Source: a virus
DNA: 64,000 bases
IMG/VR virus record: IMGVR_UViG_3300042384_000288
Coordinates: 47,108-111,107 of that record
Strand: one strand, 5' to 3'
Of the stretch, positions 39,793-48,912 are shown in pieces (positions within the stretch are counted from its first letter, which is position 1; every line of letters begins with the position of its first letter). The notes under the pieces were generated by a model that saw only the letters and a list, made by a program, of their open reading frames with translations, ran no database searches and was not told where the DNA came from. The translations under genes were made by a program, and so were the position numbers.

Positions 39793-40255
39793 TTGCGATC
39801 CTCAATTGTTCTTGCATTTGTTCTTGTGTTTTATAAGGTCCTTGATAAGGATATCTATTAAGTGTAATTAACTTAGGGCAGTAACTTTTAACCCAGCCAT
39901 TGTTGAATTTAACAATATAATATCCTGCACAAAAGAAACTTTTGCTTTTGTTGCCTTTGGTAAAGATAGGCAATCTGTGCTGTAAGTCCCAAAGGACATT
40001 TTGTGCGTTGTACTCACAGGGGTATCCGTAAACATCGTGCAGTTCTTTAACAGCCTTTTGTGGTTTGTTTTTGTCTACTATGATATTGTAGCGATCACTT
40101 AACAGTTTCAAATTAGGAAACTGCTCACGATGTAGATCTGTTTGATTTACGTAAACAACACCTTTAGGGTTGGATAGGATAGTAGCAACTTTTTTGCCAT
40201 TGTCCTCTACGATCCAGCATTTGTTTTTAACAATCTGTTTAGCTAGTAATGACAT
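39764..40255 (-). CDS. Hypothetical phage protein
   Basis: SKSFFCAGYY...CPKLITL.RY.Y.GP motif. Confidence 0.7.
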   Translation of the reverse strand: MSLLAKQIVKNKCWIVEDNGKKVATILSNPKGVVYVNQTDLHREQFPNLKLLSDRYNIIVDKNKPQKAVKELHDVYGYPCEYNAQNVLWDLQHRLPIFTKGNKSKSFFCAGYYIVKFNNGWVKSYCPKLITLNRYPYQGPYKTQEQMQEQLRIANGITTKSTS

Positions 40256-40604
40256 AGATAATTCCTATATATGTTAAGTAATGTAACCCTTGATCGGTAC
40301 CCATCCAAACCCAAAACATCTGATCTGCTGAAGTTAGCCCATAATTTAGTTGTTGTTTAGCCCAATCGATATGATAATGTATAAATCCATCTGCTAGAGC
40401 AAGCACGATAACGTCATTGGCATTTTGACAAAAGAATACTAAGATTAACAACGTCCATGCTGCATGTACCATACTGTGATGAACGCCACCTGTAGCACCA
40501 TATATGCCTTTTTCATTAAGCATATATGTAAACTGCATCAGATAATCAGCAATAAAATGTTTAATACCAAACAGCACTAACAGTGTAAATACAGTTAAAG
40601 TCAT
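40239..40604 (-). CDS. DUF3307-like membrane protein
   Basis: KHFIADY, HSMVH, HYHIDWAK, GTDQGLH. Confidence 0.75.
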   Translation of the reverse strand: MTLTVFTLLVLFGIKHFIADYLMQFTYMLNEKGIYGATGGVHHSMVHAAWTLLILVFFCQNANDVIVLALADGFIHYHIDWAKQQLNYGLTSADQMFWVWMGTDQGLHYLTYIGIIYVITS

Positions 40605-40635
40605 TGTTTATCCTTGATTTTCATATGCTGTTGCG

Positions 40636-40797
40636 TTACCAATGTCTAATAACTCCAGCTATGATAAAACAGTTCGTGACAATATAGAAAACAACGATCA
40701 GAGTTCTAATCATAGCGATACGATCTGCTTCTTGATTACTCTTTCCTTCTTTCTGTCCTAATGCCTTGGCCCAGATTCGCCACACTCGACTAATCAT
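40636..40797 (-). CDS. Small membrane protein (53 aa), missing from the ORF track
   Basis: MISRVWRIWAKALGQKEGKSNQEADRIAMIRTLIVVFYIVTNCFIIAGVIRHW*. Confidence 0.7.
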   Translation of the reverse strand: MISRVWRIWAKALGQKEGKSNQEADRIAMIRTLIVVFYIVTNCFIIAGVIRHW

Positions 40798-40805
40798 TGT
40801 TTGTG

Positions 40806-40886
40806 TTAGCCTCTAATAAAAGTACTACGCGACTTAGGAGTTTCCCACCAATCAATGCGGTCTACTGTTACGTTTAGTTTAGACAT
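40806..40886 (-). pseudogene. Orphan C-terminal fragment of a canonical QueD/PTPS
   Basis: MSKLNVTVDRIDWWETPKSRSTFIRG* resembles the terminal V..v.vwET..s.a strand of T-fold PTPS/QueD. Confidence 0.5.
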
Positions 40887-41736
40887 TTATACCTCTGCAG
40901 GCGCCTTTACTTAATCCCTCTGAAACGAACAGGATAGTAACCCCTGCTTGTTTTAGTTGATGTTCGTATCTATCTATAACATAATCTACTAAGAATTCGA
41001 CAGTAGTTTCTGTAGTAAGTTTGACTAGTTTTACATCTCCTACAAATTCCATACTCATCGGACCGCGCCCACAATGATATTCGATTAAATTTTCAGTAGG
41101 CATGTTATCTGCCCACGCAAAGATTACGCCATCTAAGTCTCGAGCAATTTCTGCTAATAATAAATCAGTTGCTAACGTGTTTGTAGTATTGGCTGCGATA
41201 TAACTTAAATGTCCGTGACCAATATTTTGACACCCCCACGATGTAGATTCTTTTAATCCATGTACATATCTAAACATGTGTGGCATAGAGTTCAGTTGTG
41301 GCATTATATCAAAATTAGTAGTTAGAACGGTTTCTAACTCAATATCAACAGTTGGATGCTTTTTCTGTAGCGCCGATAAACAATAGTCATTGAAACTAGT
41401 TGAACTGGTAACTACTTTAACAATATTCTTTGGTCCGTAAATTTTAACTTTGGGAGTCACAATCGATACAGTGGCACCGGTAAATGTAATATTTCCTAGA
41501 GATTCTCCTTCAATCCACCATAGCTTATGATCGAATCCATCTTCGGTATCATCAATTGCTGCTTTAAGAGACTTTTTAACGGTAGAAAAATCAACTACTA
41601 CCTTTTCTACAGGATCTACTTTACCAGTTACGGTAAACTTTGGTCGGTATGACCCGCCGACTATATCACCTAAGTTATTAATATATGCGTGATCTACATT
41701 AGTAGTATCACCTAAAAACATTGAACTTTTTATCAT
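40879..41736 (-). CDS. queD: Two-domain QueD-like 6-carboxytetrahydropterin synthase
   Basis: VVDFSTVKK...DHKL in domain 1; YVHGLK...CQNIGHGH and TTVE in domain 2 (tandem T-fold). Confidence 0.7.
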   Translation of the reverse strand: MIKSSMFLGDTTNVDHAYINNLGDIVGGSYRPKFTVTGKVDPVEKVVVDFSTVKKSLKAAIDDTEDGFDHKLWWIEGESLGNITFTGATVSIVTPKVKIYGPKNIVKVVTSSTSFNDYCLSALQKKHPTVDIELETVLTTNFDIMPQLNSMPHMFRYVHGLKESTSWGCQNIGHGHLSYIAANTTNTLATDLLLAEIARDLDGVIFAWADNMPTENLIEYHCGRGPMSMEFVGDVKLVKLTTETTVEFLVDYVIDRYEHQLKQAGVTILFVSEGLSKGACRGINV

Positions 41737-41860
41737 TTTCTTTCCCACCTTTTAATTGACTAATCCTCATTTTTTGTTTTGTTTCCGCTGTAATAATCTG
41801 TTTAGCTCGTGCTGCCTTTAATTTAGCTTTATGCTCTTCTGACTTTGGTTTTCCTTGTCT
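41710..41860 (-). pseudogene. Startless NUMOD3 fragment of a homing endonuclease
   Basis: RQGKPKSEEHKAKLKAARAKQIITAETKQKMRISQLKG... resembles the NUMOD3 units of the two intact endonucleases. Confidence 0.6.
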
Positions 41861-41893
41861 ATTTTACTATTATATTTAGGTTTTGTTTCAAAG

Positions 41894-42400
41894 TCAATTG
41901 ATTATTTTGCCATCTTCGATAATTAATGGCCATAAATTTTCTACACTGTCGAACATGTAATGTATACGATCCGTATCATATCCATACGAGTTTAGTTTTT
42001 TAAGTATACGTTCGTTGTATTCTGGCGCCGCAAGTATTTGATGATGACTACGAGAATAGAACGAATGTAGTTTAAACTCACCATTGGCGTGATGTGTGGC
42101 TAAGGCCATAATAGCACAAGCACTGTCACAATAGTCTACAGCATACCAATTAACTAGCCCGTGTTGATATACTGTATCCATAGCATCTAACAAATCTTCA
42201 CTGGTACCGCCAATCGATGTAACATAAAAATTCAACGTTTGGTTAGGATGTTGTCGAACTATGGTGATTATTTCATCGTATTCTTCTTTATGAAGTTTAC
42301 CCACAACCCTATAGTCTTGCTCGCTGAGTTTGGTTATTTCCGGAGTGGCACAACCAATCAACATACAGGCTAGTATAAAAAAACTAGATAACTTTAGCAT
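41894..42400 (-). CDS. Putative lipoprotein with ClpP/crotonase-like fold
   Basis: Lipobox-like LIGC, S.GG, CDSAC, H motifs. Confidence 0.5.
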   Translation of the reverse strand: MLKLSSFFILACMLIGCATPEITKLSEQDYRVVGKLHKEEYDEIITIVRQHPNQTLNFYVTSIGGTSEDLLDAMDTVYQHGLVNWYAVDYCDSACAIMALATHHANGEFKLHSFYSRSHHQILAAPEYNERILKKLNSYGYDTDRIHYMFDSVENLWPLIIEDGKIIN

Positions 42401-42968
42401 CTTCTACGAGATACTCCATCTTACGCTGACGATCAATTAACTTAAAGAACAATGCTAGGGTATTAGCCGCATCAACATCTGCTCTGTGTGCTGTGCCTTT
42501 GAAATGCAGTTTGAACGCACCCATAGCACTAGCTAATCCACCACTAGGTTTCTTACCTCGAGCGAACATCAATAGGGTGTAGAATGTTTTAGTGTCGATC
42601 CAACGGCGACCAAAATGTGGGAAGTCCACACACTGCTTACTAAATTCTTCCAAGAGTTCTACGCTATCTCCACCACCCCATGTAACAGGATTGACAAAAC
42701 AGTTGTGTTCTTTAATCAGTGCGCCTAACTCTCTAGCTACCGTTTCGTGGCTAACACAATTGGCACTGATATCACTATCAGTAATACCGGTTAGATCATT
42801 GATAAATTGGCTAATTGGTTCGTTTGGATTTATATACCATTTCTTAGTAAAATAGTTTTCAAAGCGATCATCTGCCTTACCGATAGCTATACCAACCTGA
42901 ATGATCTTACCACTAGGTTGATTTAGTTCTAGGTCTAATGCCAGGTACTTCTGTGATTTATCTATCAA
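42384..42968 (-). CDS. DEDDh 3'-5' exonuclease
   Basis: ALDLELN, LTGI, TWGGGD, IDTK, HRADVDA. Confidence 0.85.
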   Translation of the reverse strand: MIDKSQKYLALDLELNQPSGKIIQVGIAIGKADDRFENYFTKKWYINPNEPISQFINDLTGITDSDISANCVSHETVARELGALIKEHNCFVNPVTWGGGDSVELLEEFSKQCVDFPHFGRRWIDTKTFYTLLMFARGKKPSGGLASAMGAFKLHFKGTAHRADVDAANTLALFFKLIDRQRKMEYLVEDAKVI

Positions 42969-43261
42969 AATACTTCAATTCCCATCCACCACCCAAACAT
43001 TAGATAAAATCCAACTTTGAGTAGTAACCACATAATCTTACAAATAAAAAAGTTTAAATTATAATCAATTAATAAAAATATACCAATAATTACCAACGCC
43101 ATGGGCAGCGGCATATCGCCGTTTGCTGATGCACCGCCAGCAGTAACCATTGGTGCTGGATCATTAATAGCATCAATAGTCTTACAAGCGTTACAGGTAT
43201 TGCCGTATCCGCTCCACGGCGTGCCACATCTAAAACAACTTCTAGGTGTAGTATATGTCAT
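42965..43261 (-). CDS. Hypothetical Zn-ribbon membrane protein
   Basis: CFRC...CNAC then hydrophobic segments. Confidence 0.55.
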   Translation of the reverse strand: MTYTTPRSCFRCGTPWSGYGNTCNACKTIDAINDPAPMVTAGGASANGDMPLPMALVIIGIFLLIDYNLNFFICKIMWLLLKVGFYLMFGWWMGIEVF

Positions 43262-44283
43262 TATGCATTTACCAAATGATATAGCGTAACAGCCTCTGCA
43301 GGGTAGCTAGCACACATCCACTCTGCCATACTGCTAGCATTATCACTTAGTTTAACTAGGTCATACTTGCCACAGAATTTAAGGAATTGTGCTCCTACCA
43401 TAGGACGATTAAGCACTAGAGCATTATCTTTGATAGTAGTTTCTATCATAAGTTTGTATTCATCTGGCTGTGCTGTTAGGTCTACTAGTTGTACATTACG
43501 ATGATAGTCATCTAACACACGATGCTCTTCACCGTTGTGATCAGTCCAACGTTGTAGCATTAGGTTATTCCAAGCGTACCCTTGACGATCTTTATCAGCA
43601 AACGCTTCTTCTAGGCCAACTTTGTTCTTAGTGCCCTTAGTGCGTACACCGGGATAAGCACTAAAGATATTATCTGTAGGATCGCCACGCATACACTTTT
43701 CAAATAAGATGAACTTAGGATTAGGAATCTTCTTAGGCTCTTTAGTTTTCTTATCGATAACTAGTTTGCCTTTCTTATCAAAGATACCTTCTAAGGTGTG
43801 TAACTCATCACTGATGCCGTTATATTGAACAACGTTTTCACTTAACAGTTGATAGAAGTCTGTGTCACTGCTGACAATAGTGTGATGGTCATTAGGGTGT
43901 GTTTGGATCCATCCGGCAATAAGATCATCTGCTTCTAAGTTTGCATGCTGTAATACTGTACAGTTAGTACGCTCACTTAAAAATGTTTTTAAACTATCAA
44001 AGGCATCCCAGAACAGTTGTTCTTCTTCTTGCTCGGCTTCTGTTTTAGATGCACGTGCTACAGCACGATTAGCCTTATACGGAGTATAAAAATCTTTACG
44101 CCAACTGCGCCCTTCTAAGCAGATGATAACGTGATCTGCTTTCTGATCGCGCCATGCCTTGTTAATACTGGCTAAAGTTACATGAATGGCAAAGCCTAAC
44201 TTATCCCACGTGTCGCTTTGACGATGGGCACTGTGTCGGGCTCTAAAGAATGTGTTTGCTGCATCTACGATTAAGTATCTCAT
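43261..44283 (-). CDS. rnh: T4 RNase H-like 5'-3' exonuclease
   Basis: IVDAAN, SWRK..Y..YKANR, EADDLI, SSDTDF.QL, GDPTDNI. Confidence 0.9.
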   Translation of the reverse strand: MRYLIVDAANTFFRARHSAHRQSDTWDKLGFAIHVTLASINKAWRDQKADHVIICLEGRSWRKDFYTPYKANRAVARASKTEAEQEEEQLFWDAFDSLKTFLSERTNCTVLQHANLEADDLIAGWIQTHPNDHHTIVSSDTDFYQLLSENVVQYNGISDELHTLEGIFDKKGKLVIDKKTKEPKKIPNPKFILFEKCMRGDPTDNIFSAYPGVRTKGTKNKVGLEEAFADKDRQGYAWNNLMLQRWTDHNGEEHRVLDDYHRNVQLVDLTAQPDEYKLMIETTIKDNALVLNRPMVGAQFLKFCGKYDLVKLSDNASSMAEWMCASYPAEAVTLYHLVNA

Positions 44284-44289
44284 GTAGCT

Positions 44290-44318
44290 ATTATACTTTC
44301 TTACGATGAATTTGTCAA
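44290..44318 (-). promoter_or_regulatory. Sigma70-type promoter, rnh likely leaderless
   Basis: TTGACA-17-TATAAT, then 6 nt to the ATG. Confidence 0.75.
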
Positions 44319-44990
44319 GTGGTTATATAAAAAATTTGCCCAAGTAATATGTGCATCTGCTCTATAGTGATGGCTATCTTCAGCTACAGGTTTGTGATTC
44401 CACGCTTTTAACAGTTTGTAGTAAGACTGTGTGTGATCATATGGTTGGAAATAGTGACCTTGCCAATCTAGTTGTTCTGTTGGGGTTAATCCACTATAAG
44501 TATTAAAAAATACATGTTGTATGTTTGAATCAATGAGACGTTGGTGTAACTCCCATATTTTCAACTGAGATTGATCTGAATATTTCTGTACATCTTCTCT
44601 GCCAACAACCCATTCTTTATAACGTTGTTTAACTGCTTCTGGAAACAAATCGATAATCAATCCGGCACTGAATTGATATACAACATCGTCTACTTCGACT
44701 TCTTCGCGCTCCCAAGTAGCCCAACCTATTACTACAATATTTGGTCTATATGCGTCTAAATAGTTATGAGTTGTACGTAGGATACGTGCATTGCTGCTAC
44801 CACTTTCTGCTTGGCATACTAAAGTAGCCGAATATCTATCAGCTAGTATTTGTCCATAGCTAACTTTAAGATTGTCTGGATGAGGCAGCCTGCCTAAATG
44901 TGAATATAGTGGATCATCTTCAGCAAAGCAATGAGTGTTCATGGCTTCTGCACCAGCACTGTGACTATCACCGTTTACATATAGTATCAT
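44301..44990 (-). CDS. SGNH/GDSL-fold protein
   Basis: VNGDSHSAG, AESGSSN, SHHYRADAH. Confidence 0.65.
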   Translation of the reverse strand: MILYVNGDSHSAGAEAMNTHCFAEDDPLYSHLGRLPHPDNLKVSYGQILADRYSATLVCQAESGSSNARILRTTHNYLDAYRPNIVVIGWATWEREEVEVDDVVYQFSAGLIIDLFPEAVKQRYKEWVVGREDVQKYSDQSQLKIWELHQRLIDSNIQHVFFNTYSGLTPTEQLDWQGHYFQPYDHTQSYYKLLKAWNHKPVAEDSHHYRADAHITWANFLYNHLTNSS

Positions 44991-45445
44991 TAGCTTATTT
45001 CCGTCCTACCATTGCCTATATCTTTACGACGGTCACGACGGTTGCTAGGATCAGCTTGTTCTTGTTGATAGGTCTCCATGACTACATTGCGACATACAGC
45101 ACGAAACCAGTTATCTACAATGTCTTGATCTGTTTTACCTTGATATCCTGCTTTGATTAACCGTGCTACAAAAATATCATTCCAGTCTAATTCAAATGAA
45201 CCTGCGCCGGGATCTTCTGAATTGATATCGATGCTTAATACTTCGACCCAAGGGTCACCAGCGGCAGTGGCACGAGCTTTTGGATCATTCTTTTTAGCTT
45301 CAGCTTCGGCTTTCTTAGCTTCTTTTTTAGCTTTAGCTTCAGCACGTTTTGCTTCAGCTTCTGCAGATGCTGATTGTCTTAAACGTTCTTCTTCATCACG
45401 TTTTGTTTTGCCTGTTAGCTTATCTATTAATTTTTTAATTACCAT
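44990..45445 (-). CDS. Hypothetical phage protein
   Basis: Start revised to MVIKKL; FELDWN, IVDNWF motifs. Confidence 0.65.
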   Translation of the reverse strand: MVIKKLIDKLTGKTKRDEEERLRQSASAEAEAKRAEAKAKKEAKKAEAEAKKNDPKARATAAGDPWVEVLSIDINSEDPGAGSFELDWNDIFVARLIKAGYQGKTDQDIVDNWFRAVCRNVVMETYQQEQADPSNRRDRRKDIGNGRTEIS

Positions 45446-45446
45446 A

Positions 45447-46304
45447 CTATTTCCCCCAAGAATTGCCCCAAAGATCAACATGTAATCTCGGACTGTAATA
45501 ATAACCTCTGCGCATAGCTTCATCTGCTATGTTAAATTTGTTGCCATCATATACACTAACAACTCCGCCCACAGGCATAACATATACTACACCTTCGACG
45601 CCTGCTGATCTATAGCAACGTACAGCGTGATCTACTTCAGCAAAGTCTGCGGGAGTTTCTACTACAAACTTAAAGCATACTGTACCAAACTCTTGATACT
45701 CTTTAACTATTGCTGGCTTAACTGCATCTTCAAACTTCTCACCTGAAGCACTTAATTTGGCACTAACACTAAATGTAATCTCACGGTGATTGGCACGTTT
45801 CCAATGATATAGATATGCTTTGAAATCCTTATGTAGTTCTTGAGTACCATTGGTCTCAAAGGTAATATTCTTTAGGTCACGCATACTTTCATGTTCTAAT
45901 AGTTCTTCGTAGCTACGTTGCCAACCTAATAAGGGCTCACCGCCTGTGATAACCAAGTGTACATCGTTACCGTTACACTGTTGCCAACGGTTATTAGGAG
46001 TTAGTGCCAACATAGCATCAACTACAGCACTGGTTTCTAATATTGGACTCAGATGTTTAAACTTAGGATGCCACGCCGCATAGCTGTCACAACCTGTATT
46101 GACCAAAGGTAAGTCTTCATATCTGTTGTACAATTCTACAGTTTTAGCAACTTCATCAGCCTCTGCACTGGCTGTGCCTCTGACCATACCAAATCCGCTA
46201 CAGGTAAAGTTACAGCCAAATGTACGTAAGAAAACTGAAGGAACACCTACATAGCGTCCTTCACCTTGTGCTGAATAAAATATTTCACTGACTTTAAGTT
46301 TCAT
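45447..46304 (-). CDS. queE: 7-carboxy-7-deazaguanine synthase (radical SAM)
   Basis: EIFYSAQGEG..VG.PSVFLRTFGCNFTC...CDS, ITGGEP, ETNGT, PRLH. Confidence 0.9.
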   Translation of the reverse strand: MKLKVSEIFYSAQGEGRYVGVPSVFLRTFGCNFTCSGFGMVRGTASAEADEVAKTVELYNRYEDLPLVNTGCDSYAAWHPKFKHLSPILETSAVVDAMLALTPNNRWQQCNGNDVHLVITGGEPLLGWQRSYEELLEHESMRDLKNITFETNGTQELHKDFKAYLYHWKRANHREITFSVSAKLSASGEKFEDAVKPAIVKEYQEFGTVCFKFVVETPADFAEVDHAVRCYRSAGVEGVVYVMPVGGVVSVYDGNKFNIADEAMRRGYYYSPRLHVDLWGNSWGK

Positions 46305-46569
46305 ATAATTTTGACCATATTTTTAGTTTTTCAATCTTGTTTAATTTAGCTGTGTTTAAGTTATTTAGGTCAACAACGCCTTGCTCAATTAAAATATCTA
46401 CTAGAGCTAACATATCGCCAATTTCCATTTCTAAGTTGGCTCGCTGTGTATTACCAGATTTATGAGCGTTATCTAGGCCAAAACGATAGATCTTACTAGC
46501 TGCTTGTATTACTTCAGCGCACTCTTCTTGTAAAATGATCAATGCTTCTTGTGTTTTGTTAGCAATCAT
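46294..46569 (-). CDS. MazG-like nucleotide pyrophosphohydrolase
   Basis: QEECAEVIQA.SK..RFG, LEMEIGD (EExxE...ExxD). Confidence 0.75.
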   Translation of the reverse strand: MIANKTQEALIILQEECAEVIQAASKIYRFGLDNAHKSGNTQRANLEMEIGDMLALVDILIEQGVVDLNNLNTAKLNKIEKLKIWSKLYET

Positions 46570-47126
46570 TATCTTTCCCAAGGGTAAACAATCCACGTAT
46601 CCTGTTCTGCTTTGTTGATTTCTTTAGCTGAATAATCCACTTGACGACTAAAATTGCTACTTAGGTTATCAATTAACACAGCAAAACGCACATTGTTACC
46701 CCAGATGTCTGCCCAGTTTGGATCGTTCGGCAAACATGATTGTTGCCAATCTTGAATAATCCAATCTAATGTAGCACCTGTGTCATTGATATCATCTAAG
46801 ATCAGTATGTTTTTACGCAGTGCAGGATCACTAGTGGCTTCTCCTTCTAGGCGAGGGTAACTAGCAGCACTAACATAACCAAATGCATCTTCGGCCATCC
46901 AAAGATTACTCTCTGGACCGTTATCACTATCACGTAGACTAACCTTTAAAGTCTCCATTGGGATATGATAGAGATTGCTCATAACAACTGCTGGAATCAA
47001 TCCACCGCGGGTAAGACCAACAACGTAGTCTGGACGCCAGTTGTCCTTATACATTTGAGATACAATATTACTAACCATATCGTGTATGTGTAGATATTCG
47101 TAATACTTTTTTTCAACATTATTCAT
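46569..47126 (-). CDS. Type I phosphoribosyltransferase (Gpt-like)
   Basis: VGLTRGGLIPA, ILILDDINDTGAT PRPP-binding loop, WIVYPWE. Confidence 0.85.
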   Translation of the reverse strand: MNNVEKKYYEYLHIHDMVSNIVSQMYKDNWRPDYVVGLTRGGLIPAVVMSNLYHIPMETLKVSLRDSDNGPESNLWMAEDAFGYVSAASYPRLEGEATSDPALRKNILILDDINDTGATLDWIIQDWQQSCLPNDPNWADIWGNNVRFAVLIDNLSSNFSRQVDYSAKEINKAEQDTWIVYPWER

Positions 47127-47458
47127 CGCAAATACTCCATGGTAACAATTTTACTTAATGATTCAGCAAAGTCTGCGTTCTCATCAATGATGTACAGCTT
47201 AACACGTTCTTGATCATGCTTGTCATTGTAGCGACCAGCTTCAACAATCTTTCCACCACTTGCTCCGTACACTTTAAATGAAATAACACTGTCATCATCG
47301 TAGTTATGTGATACACGTTGTTGTTGCTTAATTGGGCTACCGCCCCCGCCACCACTAGTCCATTTTCGAGATCTAACTTGTTTGGGTTCTGCCACCGCCA
47401 TATCTTCTAATTCGTATTGCCATTTATGTGCTAAACGTATTAACCATCTCTTAAACAT
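47123..47458 (-). CDS. Hypothetical protein
   Basis: Start revised to MFKRW after AAGGA. Confidence 0.65.
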   Translation of the reverse strand: MFKRWLIRLAHKWQYELEDMAVAEPKQVRSRKWTSGGGGGSPIKQQQRVSHNYDDDSVISFKVYGASGGKIVEAGRYNDKHDQERVKLYIIDENADFAESLSKIVTMEYLR

Positions 47459-47468
47459 AACTATTCCT

Positions 47469-48152
47469 TTATCGAACCTTGCAACTATTGACAATATTCA
47501 TAAACTCTGCACGTACACTTGGGTCAGTTTTAAAACAACCGCCAAGTTTTGATGTAACTGTTGAACTTCCTACATCCTCTACACCCCGCGACTTAACGCA
47601 ATAATGTTGTGCATCTAATACAACCCCAATATGATCTGTTTCGAGAATGTATTGTAGTGCGTGATAAATTTGTTCAGTTAATCGTTCTTGTATTTGCGGA
47701 CGCTTGCTAAAATATTCGACTACACGATTAATTTTACTTAATCCTAACACTTTATGATTCGGAATATAACCTACTGTAGCCAACCCATCAATAACAACAA
47801 AGTGATGTTCACAATTTGATTGGACATTGACATTGCGTTCAATTACCATCTCATCGTATTTCATTTTGTTTTCTACTGTGGTGCACTTTGGAAATGCTTC
47901 GTAATCGAGTCCCCAAAATATTTCGTTAACATACATTTTAGCTACTCGCTTAGGGGTTTCGATTAAACTGTCGTCAGTTAAATCTAATCCTAATGTCTGC
48001 ATTATTGAAGTAAAATGTTGTTCAATTTTATCGATTTTATCTTTACGATCGATATTGTTAGATATGGTTGGCGTTTCTACGCCCATTTTAATCAAATGTT
48101 CGTGTACTGCTTGTCCTAAGACTGGATCTGTTTTTGTTTTGTTGTATGACAT
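47469..48152 (-). CDS. folE: GTP cyclohydrolase I
   Basis: TPKRVAKMY, SNCEHHF, GLSKINR, RPQIQERLT, HYCVKSRG. Confidence 0.95.
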   Translation of the reverse strand: MSYNKTKTDPVLGQAVHEHLIKMGVETPTISNNIDRKDKIDKIEQHFTSIMQTLGLDLTDDSLIETPKRVAKMYVNEIFWGLDYEAFPKCTTVENKMKYDEMVIERNVNVQSNCEHHFVVIDGLATVGYIPNHKVLGLSKINRVVEYFSKRPQIQERLTEQIYHALQYILETDHIGVVLDAQHYCVKSRGVEDVGSSTVTSKLGGCFKTDPSVRAEFMNIVNSCKVR

Positions 48153-48299
48153 GATAACCTTCCTTTGTGATGGTTTAAATTGTGATGTTTACAGCCTTTA
48201 TGCTGCAAAAGTATTTATGCGAAGTTGTTTCGCTTACTTTGTACTTTGACAATTTATATTACTCCGATGTTAAGCCAGTGGATTGGCGATTCATAAATT

Positions 48300-48329
48300 A
48301 GTATAACATGATTATTTAGGTCTTGTCAA
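48300..48329 (-). promoter_or_regulatory. Sigma70-type promoter with a TAAATA late motif in the spacer
   Basis: TTGACA-agaccTAAATAatcatgt-TATACT. Confidence 0.6.
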
Positions 48330-48330
48330 T

Positions 48331-48912
48331 CTATTTGATAATAATTTCGCGCAGGTCCGGATACTGCTTGTATTTAGGTTTTTGGTCTACTGTAGGTAAT
48401 AATTCTAATCCTCGAATAGCATCTTCGATAGTAGGACGATAGTGATAACCAACTTCAAATACTTTTTGTTCTTGCCAAGGGCTTTTAGTTAGATCTCTAC
48501 CATCGTATCGTTGTGCTAGCAAGGTTTTATATGCATTGGCGTCATCTAATAGAATAGCACCACCGTGACCGATGTTTAAAGGTTTGTCAAATCCAAAACT
48601 CAAACACTGCATTTGATCTGGGCGATACATGCCTAATTGTAGCTTACGAGCACTATCCCAAATACGGGTATTAACAAATTGGTATTCACCGACCCATTCG
48701 TTATTACCAGTATATCCAAATGAAATATCCAACTTACGCATGGTCATTGGTATGCTTAGGTAGGTAAATGCTGGGAACATTGTGCGCTTAATTTGGTCAT
48801 AACGCAGACATAACTCAATAGCGTGAGTGCAACAATCAGTCATAACAACGTATGGCGCACCAGTAAGCTCACCTAATGCCCGTTCAAATTTTGCTATTGC
48901 ATCAAAACTCAT
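48331..48912 (-). CDS. Short DegT-like PLP-dependent aminotransferase
   Basis: DCCTHA, WDSA, CLSFGFDKPL.IG.GG (PLP lysine); only 193 aa. Confidence 0.7.
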   Translation of the reverse strand: MSFDAIAKFERALGELTGAPYVVMTDCCTHAIELCLRYDQIKRTMFPAFTYLSIPMTMRKLDISFGYTGNNEWVGEYQFVNTRIWDSARKLQLGMYRPDQMQCLSFGFDKPLNIGHGGAILLDDANAYKTLLAQRYDGRDLTKSPWQEQKVFEVGYHYRPTIEDAIRGLELLPTVDQKPKYKQYPDLREIIIK

